From Chiloscyllium plagiosum (lineage: Eukaryota): 64,000 nt of DNA. The position numbers and the translations under genes were made by a program. Where the stretch lies: positions 71,147,790 to 71,211,789 of the forward strand of contig NC_057718.1 in assembly GCF_004010195.1 (NCBI RefSeq), written 5' to 3'. Of the stretch, positions 1-12,510 are shown one piece after another. How positions within the stretch are numbered: position 1 is the first letter of the stretch; the number at the start of each line of letters is the position of its first letter. The notes below the pieces were generated by a model. That model made no database searches and was not told the origin of the DNA. It saw only the letters and a list, made by a program, of their open reading frames with translations.

Positions 1-1447
1 ATGAGAAAGAAAATTGAAGGGGATGGGCACAAGTGAAATGTGGAGCTTATTCAAGGAATAGCTACTGCAGAGTACGTACCTGGCAGGCAGGGAGAAAAGT
101 TGTCGAATGCAGGAGCCGTGGTTTACTAAGGAAGTTGAAACTCTTGTCAAGAGGAAGAAGACGACTTATGTTAGGATAAGATATGATGGCTCAGTTAGAG
201 TGCTTGAGAGTTACAGGTTAGCCAGGAAAGACCTAAAGAGAAAGCTAAAATCATCCAGGAAGGGACATGAGAAATTGTCGTCAGATAGGATCAAGTAAAA
301 CCCTAAGGTTTTCTATAGGTACATCAGGAATAAAAGAATGACTAGAGTAAGATTACAGCCAGTCAAGGACAATAGTAGGAAGTTGTGCGTGACATCAGAG
401 GAGATAGGCAAAGTACTAAATGAGTATTTTTCATCAGTATTCACACGAGAAAAAGACAATGTTATCAAGGAGAATACGGAGAAACAGGCTACTTGGCTAG
501 ATGGGATTAAGGTTCACAAGGAGGAGGTGTTATCAATTCTAGAAAGTGTAAAAATAGATTAGTCCCCTGGGCTAAATGGGATTTATCCTAGGATTCTCTG
601 AGAAGCCAGGGAGGAGATTGCAGAGCCTTTGGCTTTGATCTTTATGTCATCATTCTTTACAGGAATAATGCCAGAAAACAGAAGACAGCAAATGCTGTTC
701 CCTTGTTCAATAAGGGGAGTAGAGTCAACCCTGGTAATTATAGGCCAGTGAGCCTTACATTGATTGTGGGTAAAGTGTTGGAAAGGGTTGTAAGAGATAG
801 GATTTATAACCATTAAGAAAGGAATAAGTTGATTTAGGGATAGTCAACACAGTTTTGTGAAGGGTAGATTGTGCCTCACAAACCTTATTGAGTTCTATGA
901 GAAGGTAACCAAACAGATGAATGAGGGCAAAACAGTTGATGTGGTATGTATGGATTTCAGTAAGGTGTTTGATAAGGTTCCCCATGGTAGACTATTGCAC
1001 AAAATACATGGGATTGAGGGTGAGTTAGCCGTTTGGATCAGAAATTGGCTAGCTGAAAGACAGAGGCTGGTGGTTGATGGGAAATGTCAATCCTGGAGTT
1101 CAGTTACCAGTGGTGTACCACAAGTGTTTTGAGTCCACTGCCATTTGTCATTTTTATAAAATGAGGGCATGAGGGTTTGTAAACTTGCAGATGACACTAA
1201 GGTCAGTAGAGTTGTGGATAGTGTCGAAGGATATTCTAGATTAAGGAGGGACACAGATAAGCTGCAGAGCTGGGCTGAGGAGGCAAATGGAATTTAATGC
1301 GGACAAGTGTGAGGTGATTCACTTTGGTAGGAGTAACAGGAACGCACAGTACTGGGCTAATGGTAAGATTCTTCATAGCATAGATGAGCAGAGAGATCTC
1401 AGTGTCCAGTTATGTAGATCCTTGAAAATTGCCACCCAGGTTGATCA

Positions 1448-1661
1448 ACTAGGAGAAAGTAAGGACTGCAGATGCTGGAGATCAGAGCTGAAAAATGTTT
1501 AACTGGAAAAGCGCAGCAGGTCAGGCAGCAACCAAGGAGCAAGAGAATCGACGTTTCGGGTATAAGCCCTTCCTGAAGAAGGGCTAATGCCCGAAACGTC
1601 GATTCTCCTGTTCCTTGGATGCTGCCTGACCTGCTGCGCTTTTCCAGCAACACATTTTTCA
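1448..1661. mobile_element. PLE-derived mini-element inserted as an inverted (hairpin) pair
   Basis: Arm 1449-1572 and arm 1573-1661 are reverse complements over ~85 nt. 14-bp TSD acccaggttgatca at 1434-1447 and 1662-1675. Confidence 0.9.
1573..1600 (+). ncRNA. Minimal type I hammerhead ribozyme motif (PLE type)
   Basis: CUGAAGA-A-GGGC(UAAU)GCCC-GAAA-CGUC. Self-complementary ACGU at stem III; stem I is weak. Confidence 0.65.
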
Positions 1662-2792
1662 ACCCAGGTTGATCAGGTTGTTAAGGCAGCATACAGTGTA
1701 TTAGCTTTTATTGGTAGAGGGATTGAGTTTTAGAACCGTGAGGTCATGCTGCAGCTGTACAAAACTCTGGTGTGGCCACACTCGGAGTATTGCATTCAGT
1801 TCCAGTCACTGCATTATAGAAAGGATATGGAAGTTTTGGAAAGGATTCAGAGGAGATTTACTAGAATGTTGCCTGTATGGAGGGAAGGTCTTACGAGGAA
1901 AGGCTGAGGGACTCCAGGCTGTTTTCGTTAGAGAGAAGGAGTTTGAGAGGTGACTTAATTGAGACAGTGAAGATAATCAGAGGGTCAGATAGGGTGGATA
2001 GTGAGAGCCTTTTTTTCTCGGATGGCAATGGCTATCATGAGGGGACATAGCTTTAAATTGAGGGGTGATAGATATAGGACAGGTGTCAGAGGTAGTTTCT
2101 TTACTCAGACAGTAGTGGGGCGTGGAACGCACTGCCTGCAACAGTAGGAGACTCACCAACTTTAAGGGCATTATGGATGAGAATGGAATAATGTAGGTTA
2201 GATGGGCTTCAGAGGTTGGTGCAACATCGAGGGCTGAAGGGCCTGTACTATACTGTCATATCCTATGTTCTGTTATGAAGACGTGGATGTACTGTACCTT
2301 TCAGAGAGTTAAAAGCTAGCAGAACTACCTGACAGCACCAAATGTTCTGAATAAGACACAGCATAACATGTTGTCCAGCAGCTAAGGTTGCTGGTTGCCT
2401 GGAGACAAAAACAAATTTGAATTAGACCAATCAGTTTAAATTGTACTCCCAAAAAATTACCAAAGTCCAATCAAGTTTGAATTTAGTATATTGACAATAT
2501 TAAAAGCCGATGCTTTGGGGCATATGAGCAGGAAAAATTGAACAGTTGGGAGAGAACTGCCAAAAGACCAACAGATATAGGCTGCTAGTCAGAACTCACT
2601 GGGAGGTACCTATCTAGAGAAGGAGTTTGCACAGAGAAAAACATCAACACAGACCTGGAGAGCAAACCGACAGAGGAAGATATAAAAAGATTTGACCACT
2701 GGCTGGTTTTGAAATGTGAATTTCTGGTAAATCTTTTTATTGGACTAGTATTATAGAAGGGCAAGTAAAAGATAGGTTAGAGGAAGGAGTTA

Positions 2793-4731
2793 GAACATAG
2801 AACAGTACAGCACAGAACAGGCCCTTCATCCCACAATGTTGTGCCAACCCCTGATCCTCATGTATGCACCCTCAAATTTGTGTGACCATATGCATGTCCA
2901 GGAGTCTCTTAAATGTCCTCAATGATCCTGCCTCCACAACTGCTGCTGGCAACGCATTCCATGCTCTCTCAACTCTCTGTGTAAAGAACCCACCTCTGAC
3001 ATCCCCTCTATACTTTCCTCCAACCAGCTCGTGTTAGTCATTTCTGCCCTGGGAAATAGTCTCTGGCTATCGACTCTATCTATGCCTCTCATTATCATGT
3101 ATACCTCAATTAGGTCCTCTTCTCCTCCTTTTCTCCAATGAAAAAAGTCCGAGCTCAGTCAACCTCTCCTCATAAAATAAGCCCTCCAGTCCAGGCAGCA
3201 TCCTGGTAAACCTCCATGAACCCTCTCCAAAGCATCCACATCTTTCTTATAATAGGGCGACCAGAACTGGATGCAATATTCCAAGTGCGGTCTAACCAAA
3301 GTTTTATAGAGCTGCAACAAGATCTCACGACTCTTAAACTCAATACCCCTGTTAATGAAAGCCAAAACACCATATGCTTTCTTAACAACCCTGTCCACTT
3401 GGGTGGCCATTTTAAGGGATCTATGTACCTGCACCCCAAGATCCCTCTGTTCCTCCAAACTGCCAAGAATCCTATCCTTAATCCTGTACTCAGCTTTCAA
3501 ATTCGACCTTCCAAAATACATCACCTTGCATTTATCCAGGTTGAACTCCATCTGACACCTCTCAGCCCATCTCTGCATCCTGTCAATGTCCCACTGCAGC
3601 CTACAACAGNNNNNNNNNNNNNNNNNNNNNNNNNNNNNNNNNNNNNNNNNNNNNNNNNNNNNNNNNNNNNNNNNNNNNNNNNNNNNNNNNNNNNNNNNNN
3701 NNNNNNNNNNNNNNNNNNNNNNNNNNNNNNNNNNNNNNNNNNNNNNNNNNNNNNNNNNNNNNNNNNNNNNNNNNNNNNNNNNNNNNNNNNNNNNNNNNNN
3801 NNNNNNNNNNNNNNNNNNNNNNNNNNNNNNNNNNNNNNNNNNNNNNNNNNNNNNNNNNNNNNNNNNNNNNNNNNNNNNNNNNNNNAAAGATCTTCGCAAG
3901 TGGTGAAGCAATTGCATTTCTCGTTTCCCAAAGCAGCCGAGGACACATCTGGTCCGGGCCTGGCGAATTGTCAATCTTAATGTTTGTCAAAATTTTCAGC
4001 ACATCAGCTTCCTTTATCTCTATCCATTTCAGCATGCACACCTGCTCTTCAAAGGTTTCATTCACTACAAAGTTTGTTTCTTTCGTAAAAAGCAAAAGAT
4101 TCATTGAGGGCTCCCCTACCTCCTCAGACTCCACACACAAATTTCCTATGCTATCCCTGATCGGCCTACTCTTTCTTTGACCATTCTCTTATTCCTCACA
4201 TAAGTGTAAAATGCCTTTGTGTTCTCCCTAATCCGTTCTGCCAAGCCTTTCTCGTGCCCCCTCCTGGCTCTCCTCAGGCCATTTTTAAGCTCCTTCCTCG
4301 CCTGCCTGTAATCCTGTAGAGCTGAGCTTGACCCTAGCTTCCTCCACCTTACGTAAGCTATCTTTTTCCTTTTGACGAGAGGCTCCACCGCTCTCGTCAT
4401 CCAAGGTTCCTTTATCTTACCCCTTCTTGCCTGTCTCAGAGGGACATATTTATTCACACTTGCAACAACTGTTCCTTAAACAGTCTCCACATGTCTATGG
4501 TGCCTTTACCATGGAACAATTGCTCTCCCACCACAAGATCTGATACCTGCCCCGGCTCGTTTCCGAGCACCAAGTCTAGAATGGCCTCTCCCCTCGTCGG
4601 CCTGTCAACGTACTGAGTTAGGAAACCCTCCTGAACACACCTTACAAAAACAGCTCCATTCAAATCTTCTGCTCGAAGGAGGTTCCAATCAATATTGGGA
4701 AAGTTAAAGTCACCCATTACAACAACCCTAC
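2793..4731 (-). mobile_element. CR1 LINE (endonuclease end, RT, 3' tail) nested in the LTR, with an internal gap
   Basis: MGDFNFPNIDW, RPTRGEAILDLVLGNEPGQV, LVRPHLEYCIQFWSPYY. agaacat tail repeats at 2792-2803. Confidence 0.92.
3610..3885. other. Assembly gap
   Basis: N run. Confidence 1.
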
Positions 4732-5924
4732 AGTTATAAATAGTTGTTAGTTAATTATTCTCTGTTATACTTGAAGAAATCAAGTTGTTACTTTTTATTC
4801 TAACTAGTTCTTTGCCTCTCAAATCTTCACAGATTACTGCATGGGATAAATGTTTTCTGTGTTGCTGGTTTAGAATTAACAGAGGGGGTTTACCTCATGT
4901 CGTAATAGTTCTATGTTCTATAAGGTTGGGTTTCTTAGTATTTAATGGTATTAAAAGAATATTAAATACCTCTGATTTCAAGATAACAAGAAACTTTTTG
5001 TGAACTATTTAGCTTATTAAAATGAATTCTCTTTTCTGTTTCAGTGCCCTTATGTTGTGTGTGTTTTTTTAAATTTGATCACTTTGATTTTTGATTTTAA
5101 CAGCAGAGTATGAAATATATACAAATATTCAGCCAGAAGGATTGGGGTGGGGGGAGTGCGGTGGATGTACAGACAGACATATGGACAGACAAAGAAGAAA
5201 GGCTTTTGTCTTTCGTTGCTTGAATCAATACCAAAGTGACTGGACTCTAAAAGTATTTAACTTCTTGCATACAACTAAAAATGTTTAATTTCCAAAATCA
5301 AACAAGGATTCATAAAGTCCTAAATTTCAATTGATTATCTTCAAAGAGTAGCACATATGCATCAATTATTGATTTTAGCAGCTTCATAGTCTACAAATTG
5401 CTCATTTGACAAACTCTTCTCACTCTTTCAATTTTCATATTCCCAATTCTGCTTTTAATACTTCTTTTCCATTTCCCTTTTTTCTCCCTTCGTTACAAAG
5501 ACTCTTCACTGGTCTTTCGCTCTCTCTTTCAGTTGTTTTTTTTTAAATCTCAATCCTAATTGAATTTTAGCTGATTCTAGCAATGACACAGTAAGTAGAG
5601 GTTTCCTCCTTTTAATTCTGAATCTTGGGCAATTACTTTAAGCATATCATATTTACAAAATCCTACTTTTATTTCTGCCTTCAATTCACCTACCATCTCT
5701 CAGCTTTGTTTTAGTTCAGAAATTTCAAAACATCCCTTGTGTTCTTTGCCCCTGAAAACATTCAAAGCTATTTTCAAACACAAATCAATGTAATAAAACA
5801 CAAAACTCCTGTTTCATTACCTCTACATACAAGATTCTTTGAGGGAGAGAGAGAAAGAGACACAGACAGACAGACACACAGAGAGACAGATCCTCTTAAA
5901 CTCCAATCCTGGATGAGCCACCAC

Positions 5925-6650
5925 TTTATGATCCTACCTGATGGTAACACTGAACAAGTTAGATCCCAGAGTGAAACCGGCCTGGTAGATCATTTATTTT
6001 TTTTAAGACAGTTTGTTAATATCGTGGTTAGTCACTGAACATATACACACGGCTACAAATATTCTTTAATAGCAGAACACAAGTTAATTGTACAAAAAAA
6101 AATGACAGTTTTGAAGACATTAACAAAAACAGCAGAACAAAATTTCAACTCATTTCCCAGCAACATGTGACAGATACTCAAGTCCCAAAGAAATAGCACT
6201 CCTGCCTCAATTGTGTCATTTTAAAATTTAATTCACTGTTCTTAGTTCCCCTTCTTGGACTGATAAAACAGTTTTATGATATTTCTGAGTCCTCCGACCT
6301 AAACAGCTTTCCAATTGTGAAGATGTAAACCTTTTCTAAGTTCAGATAGTTAGAATACTTTGACATAAACTCACATTTTGGATGTTTCACAATCTGGTGA
6401 TGGTTTCTCTGAACTTTGTACTTCCTAGTCTGAAGTTAAAACAAAACTAATGATTGTGGTCTGTTTTAGCTACATGTCATCAATTCAGCAATATATTTTT
6501 TGTTCTTGAACACCACAGGTGCTTGTCCAGTTGCTTGACTGAAGTCACATGCATTCTTGGAAATAATGTAGTTTCGTCGAAAAAAATGACCTTGAACTCA
6601 TCCAAATGCATCTGCCGCCATTTTAATATCCAAATTCCAAATAATAACAT
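5925..6650. mobile_element. LTR-like interspersed repeat, same family as 41533-42640
   Basis: Shared start (ttatgatc...agatcccagagtgaaaccggcctggtagatc versus ttatgatg...agataccagtgtgaaacctggcatgatagatc). Ends in ...taaca. Confidence 0.5.
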
Positions 6651-6824
6651 GTTAGATACCTTTTATCACAGTACTGAGAGGATTATTAAAACCAAAAGCT
6701 GATAAGTGTTAAAAAAGCAGCTGCTGAGAGAGTGGTTTATTTTTCCCAAAATTCCACAGATTCTGCAAAAGGTCCAATCAGATTACAAAATAATGAATGG
6801 GACTTCTCAACTGAATAACAAATG

Positions 6825-7938
6825 AAGTACAGGACAGAAACAGGATCTGCTGGCCACTAAGTATGTGCACAACCATGACACCATTCAAAACTAAAATCTT
6901 TTTGCCCGTCTATTCACGTATCTGTCAAGACGCCTACTGAACATTGCTGTTTTATGTGCTTCTACCGCTGGCAGATTCAACCACCTTGCAGTGTGTCTGG
7001 TGTCCCATTCTACCACTTCCTCTGGCAGTGCATTCCAGACACTTGCCACATTCAGTGTTTAAAAAAAACCTGCCTCTCACGTCTCCTATGAGCTTACCCA
7101 TTCTTACATAGGCATCCTTGCAATTGACATTTCTATCCTGGAAAAAGACTCTGACTATCCATTCTATCAATGCCTCTCATCATTTTCAAAACATTATCAG
7201 CACATCCCTCATCCTTCGATATTCAAATAAAACTGAAAATGTGTTGCTGGAAAAGCACAGCAGGTCAGGCAGCATCCAAGGAGCAGGAGAATCGAAGTTT
7301 CTGGCACGAGCCCTTCTTCAGCCCTTCTTCTCCATATTCAAATAAAAACAGACCAAGTTTGTCCAAGCTCTCCTCATAGCTAATACCTCCTAAAGCAGGC
7401 AACATCCTGGCAAACCATTTCTGTATCTCTCCAGAGCCTCCACATCCTTCTGGCAGTGTGGCAACCAGAACTGTACACAATATTCCAAATACAGCGGCAA
7501 CGTGACTTGGCAATTGTTATACTCTTTGCTCTGAGCTATACTTCTTCTTGACCACCTTATCTATTCGAGGTGTCACTTTCAGGGAACTGCACATCTGTAC
7601 AACCTAATCTCTCTGTATGACTAATAATGCTTCTAATGCTTCTACCATTTACTGTTCACTTCCCTCCTGTATCAGGCCTCCCAAGATGCATCACCTCACA
7701 TCTGTCTGGATTAAATTCCATCTACCATTTCTCCAAGTCTCCAGCTCTCTATATCCTACGGTACTCTTTAGCAATTGTCCTTACCACCTGCAAATCCCCC
7801 AATCTGTGTCATCCACAAACTTACTAATCCGACAACCTAAATTCTCCTTTAAATCAATTATACATATATATTACAACTAACCTTGGTCCCAACACTGATA
7901 CTTGTGGAATGCCGCTGGTCACAGATCTCCAGTCAGAA
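6825..7938 (-). mobile_element. Decayed CR1 3' fragment
   Basis: EYCVQFW-like sequence, ISYEESLDKLGLF and GDVRGRFF on the minus strand. Confidence 0.8.
7233..7333 (-). mobile_element. PLE mini-unit, single arm with decayed HHR
   Basis: Same sequence as 1448-1661. TSD atattcaaataaaa at 7219-7232 and 7334-7347. Confidence 0.85.
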
Positions 7939-8414
7939 AGAGTTCACTAATGTCCTTCACAGTAGGAAATCTGCCATCCTTATCTGGTCTGTCCTACATG
8001 GGACACCAGACACACTGCAAGGTGGTTGAATCTCAAGTGCCCTCTAAATGGCTGAGCAAGCTACAAAGTCTCAAAGAGATGAAACCAGACGGATCACCTG
8101 GCATCCACCTAGACATTAGAAAAGACAATGGCAGCAACAACCCGGGTTAACCCTGCAAAGTCCTCGTTACTAATATCAGGCAGCTAATGTCGAAATTGAG
8201 ATAGTTGTCTCACAATCATACTCGTGGAATCATACCTTACAGACAATGTCCCACACACCACCATCACCATCCCTGTCTCACCAGCGGACAAACCTGGCAA
8301 AGGTGGCGGCACAGTGATATACAGTCCAAAGGGAGTTCCCTTGGGAGTCCTCAACATTGACTTCAGCCCCCATGAGGTCTCATGGCTTCAGGTTAAACAT
8401 GGGCAAGGAAACAT

Positions 8415-8632
8415 GGGCAGCACAGTGACTTAATGGTTATCATTGCTGCATTACAGCGTCAGAGACCCGGGTTTGATTCCAGCTTCAGGCTGTGTGGAGT
8501 TTGCACATCCTCCCCATGTCTGCTCCGGTTTTCTCCCACAGTCCGAAGATGTGCAGGTTAGGTGAACAAGCCATGCTAAATTGCCCACAGTGTTCAGGGG
8601 TGTGTAGGCTAAGTGCATTAGTCAGGAGAAAT
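8415..8632 (+). mobile_element. HE1-type V-SINE, 3'-truncated
   Basis: tRNA-like head plus the core tgtggagtttgcacat...ctcccacagtcc. Confidence 0.85.
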
Positions 8633-9615
8633 GGCCAGCAAACAAAAAGGCAGCCTGTCCTAGCATTAAAGTATAAGATGGCTGACTGCACATAAATAAG
8701 ACAAATAGTCTGTTCTAGCCTTTAAAAGACACACAACATCTTTGAACACAGCTAGATCAGAACCATGAGTATGCCCTGATAGACATTTTTGATGTGAGTG
8801 TGTATGCAGGACAGAGAAGTGACTAATCCTAGCCTTCATTAAAGAAAGAATAATTGCCCCAGTGAATGAATAAACACTAGGTGCAGTATAAGCCTGGTCC
8901 CTAGCAGCTATCAGAACAGTGAAAATTATTTTGTTGTAAATGCCTGTTTTGCAAAAATGTTTCACAAATATTAAAATAAAAGGTTCTAGTTAAAGGTTCT
9001 TCAGAATCATAAGAGCAGCTTGCAATATAAAATAAATACATACAACCAACGCTTCGTAAAAGTATTAAAGAGAAAGAATTTAGACCTAGATGTGAAGTTA
9101 CCTGGCTTTAACAAATGACTCCTCTAATTCCTAGAACAAGATAGATTGTTCACAGTCCACTAATTACAAAGTCCTGACAGTAAGAGTAGCTGTATAATTG
9201 TGTAACTATATAATGGAAGTCCATAATAAAAATATTATAGCTAGTTAAAACAAACGTTTTTTGGTACTTCTTCATTCCTATTAATTAGGACAATAGAAAA
9301 TGTGAGCAATTGAATTTTATAAAATGAAACGTAATGAAGAACAAAATTCAAATAGTCCCTCGAGATAAACTAGCATGAGAGACACTGGAAGGAGTGTAGT
9401 AATTAACTTTGGAATGCAAATGAATAAGATGCATGGAAAGATTCCAAGGCCCAGAGATTACAGTGCCTGTTAAACACCATGGGAACCTAGGGCTATCCAT
9501 AGGAAAGCCCATCATTGATTAGGTGTCCCTTTGGATTGGGTATATGAAGTAAGTGAGTGGAACGCAGTGATCAAGTTGTATGTGATTGTTTTATATACTT
9601 TCTGTTAACAGAGAG

Positions 9616-9745
9616 GAGAAAGTGAGGACTGCAGATGCTGGAGATCAGAGCTGAAAAATGTGTTGCTGGAAAAATGCAGCAGGTCAGGCAGCATCCAACG
9701 AGCAGGAGAATCGACGTTTCGGGCATAAGCCCTTCTTCAGGAATC
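9616..9745 (-). mobile_element. PLE mini-unit with an intact HHR core (9740-9713, minus strand)
   Basis: Minus strand reads CUGAAGA-A-GGGC(UUAU)GCCC-GAAA-CGUC. TSD ctgtt(a/t)acagagag at 9602-9615 and 9746-9759. Confidence 0.88.
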
Positions 9746-11889
9746 CTGTTTACAGAGAGCATGTCACTGATTTACCTTCCAATCTAAGCTAAAGATTAAG
9801 GGAAAAATTGACTTCTCACATCAAGGCAAGATTCGAGGAAGACTCTTCGGCCCTGTCCCTGCATTAACTGGTTTCGGCTTGAGTATAAGTCTTCCACTTG
9901 CCTGAATTCAGCCTGCCTTTTGAGTCTTAGCACTCCCTCGAGGCAAAACGTTCCTACACTTACCAATCTGCCAACTGCAGATGCATCTGTCCATGACAGT
10001 ATCGCTAACAGCAACAAACGCACAGTCCTTGCGGAGACAATGAGAATAACCTTCACATTGAGAACAACCACGATCATGTTGTGTGGCACAATCACCATGT
10101 GAACTGGGAGAAACTTCGATCAGACCTAACAACCGAAGACTCGGTGCTACGAGGTGCTGTCGGCCATCGGCAGCAGCAGAATCATACTCCAGTACAATCT
10201 GTAAGCTCATGGCCCAGTATATCCCCCACTTAACCAGTACCATCAAGCCAGGGAATCGACTTTGGTTCAGCAGAAGGTGCAGGAGGTCATGCCAAGAGAA
10301 GAACCAGCCATACCTGAAGATGAGTGTCAACCTTGTAAAATCAATTGAGATTACTTGCATGCCAAACATCATAAGCAGCAAGTAATAGACAGAACTAAGC
10401 AATCCCACAAACATAAGGTCACATTTAAGCTCTGCAGTCTTGCCACATCTAATCACGAATAGTGATGGATTAAACAACTCACACAAATGTCCTCATCCTG
10501 AATGAGGGAAGAGCTCAGCACATCAGGCTTAAGCTTTCGCTGCAATCTTCAGCCAGAAATGCTGAGTGCATGATCAATCTTGGCCACCTCCTCTGTTCAC
10601 AGCATTACAGAAACGAGTCTCCAGTCAATTCAATTCACTCCATGTGATATCAAGCAACAGTTGGAGACACTAGATACTGCAAGGCTACAGGCACTGACAA
10701 CATTCCAGCAATAGTGCTTGGCTCCAAAACTTGCGGCTCCCCTAGCTAAGCTCTTCCAGTACAGTTACAATACTGGTATCTACCTGACAACATGGAAAAT
10801 TGCCCAGGTATGGTATGTACATAAAAGCAGGACAAATCCAACTTAGCCAATTAGTGCCGCATCAGTCTACTCTCAATCATCAGTAAAATAGTAGAAGGTG
10901 TCATCAACAGTGCAATTAAGCACTACCTGCTCAGCAATAACTTGCTCAGTGATGCTCAGGTTGAGTTCCGCCAGCACCCCTCCGCTCCTTCATTATAGCT
11001 AAAAGAGCTAAACTTAAAAGGTGAGGTGAGACGAACAGCCCTTGACATCAAGGCTGCATTCAATTGTGTGTGGCATTTGGGAACTTCAGAAGAAGTGGAA
11101 TCAATGGATATCAGGGGAAAACTCTCCAGTGGTTAGAGTCACACCTAACATATAGGAAGATGGTCATGGTTGTTGGAGGTCAATCATCTCAGCTCCAGGA
11201 CATTTCTGCAGGAGTTTCTCAAGGTAATGTCCAAGGCCCAAACTTCTTCAGCTATTTCGTCAATGATCTTCCCTCCATCATAAGGTCAGATGTGGGGATG
11301 CTTGTCGATGATTGCACAATGTTCAGCATCATTCGCAAGTCCCCAGATACTAAAGCAGAACATATTCAAATACAACATGATCTGGACAATATTCAGGCTC
11401 AACCTAACAAGCGGCAAGTAACATTCATGCCACACAAATGCCACATATAACGATCACCAATAACTGACAGGCAATCTAACCACGGCCCCTTGACATTCAA
11501 CAGCATAACCATCACTGTAACTCACTATCATTGACTAGAAACTTAACGGGACTCACCAGATCAATACAATAACTATAACAGCAGATCATAGGCTAGGAAT
11601 ACTGAGGCAAATAACTCACCTGATTCCACAAAACCTGTCCACCATCTACAAGGTGCCTGGATCTGTGCCGACACAAAAACACTCAAGAAGCTTGACACCA
11701 TCCAGGACAAAGCAGCTCACTTGACTGGCACTGTATCCACAAGCATCCACTCTCTCCACCTCTGAAGCTCAGTAGCAGCAGCAGTGTGTATTATCTACAA
11801 GATGCACTGCAGAAATTAACCAAAGATCCTCAGACAGCACCTTCTAAACCGATGACCATTTTCGTCTGGAAGGACAAAGGCAGCAGTGA

Positions 11890-12510
11890 ATTCCAAAATT
11901 ACAATTCACTGAAAGGAAAAAGTTCTCACCTATGTTCTGAAAGATGACCGCTTGTTTTAAAGTAGTGCCTTGGATCTGGACTGACTCAGAAGAGGAAACA
12001 TCATCTCCACATCCACTTTGTCAAGACCATTCAGGGTTTTACACACTTCAAACAAGTTGCCTGTCATTCTTCTAATCTCCAGTGGAAGCAAGCTCAGCCT
12101 ACCTGACCTTTCTGCATACGACAGCCGCTTATTCCAGATATCAATCTCATGAACTTCCTCTGAAAAGCCTCCAATGCATTTACATCATTTGTTGAATAAG
12201 GGAACCAAAACTACATATAGTAGTCGAGATATGGTCTCCACAATGCCCTGTCGAATGGAAATATAACACCCAGACCTTCATGTTCAATTCCAGTCATAAC
12301 GAAGAATAGCATCTCATTAGCCACCTTGCTTACATGCTGTACCTGCACACTACTTTTCACGATTCCCCAGAGCACCTGACTCTCTCTGCAATTTGGAATT
12401 ATACAGTTGTTAACCATTTCCATGCTTCCTGCCAATGTAAACAACTCCATATTATACTACTTCTACAAAGGTTTTTCACCACTCATTTTTAGATGTTTTT
12501 GCAGACTTGC
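11890..12510 (-). mobile_element. Old CR1 3' fragment
   Basis: SVQVQHVSKVANEML, RALWRPYLDY. Confidence 0.7.

Larger units (their letters stand above)
1..2270 (+). mobile_element. CR1-clade LINE (HER1-like), decayed ORF2 and 3' tail
   Basis: RT fragments CLTNLIEF, DFSKVFDKVPH, VTSGVPQ, MEFNADKCEVIHFG with stops and frameshifts. The tail gggctgaagggcctgtac...ctatgttc resumes at 4908. Confidence 0.92.
2271..4907 (+). mobile_element. Gypsy-type solo LTR interrupted by a CR1
   Basis: Termini TGTTATGAAG...CGTAATA and 4-bp TSD gttc (2267-2270, 4908-4911). Homologous to the LTRs at 24287-25091 and 36994-37775. Confidence 0.85.
7940..11885 (+). mobile_element. CR1/Jockey-group LINE (APE+RT) with a SINE-like 5' region, interrupted at 8413-9958
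   Basis: ESYLTDNVP, HEVSWLQVKHGQG, QDISAGVSQGNVQGP, NDLPSIIRSDVGMLVDDCTMF. 7940-8060 matches the body of the SINE at 12511-12880. Confidence 0.85.

Noticed and set aside
5711..5751. Possible terminal exon in frame with the 91-nt exon (GAKNTRDVLKFLN*)
   Set aside because: TMEM181 continues for several hundred residues and this peptide does not match the expected next exon. A chance acceptor unless RNA-seq shows otherwise.
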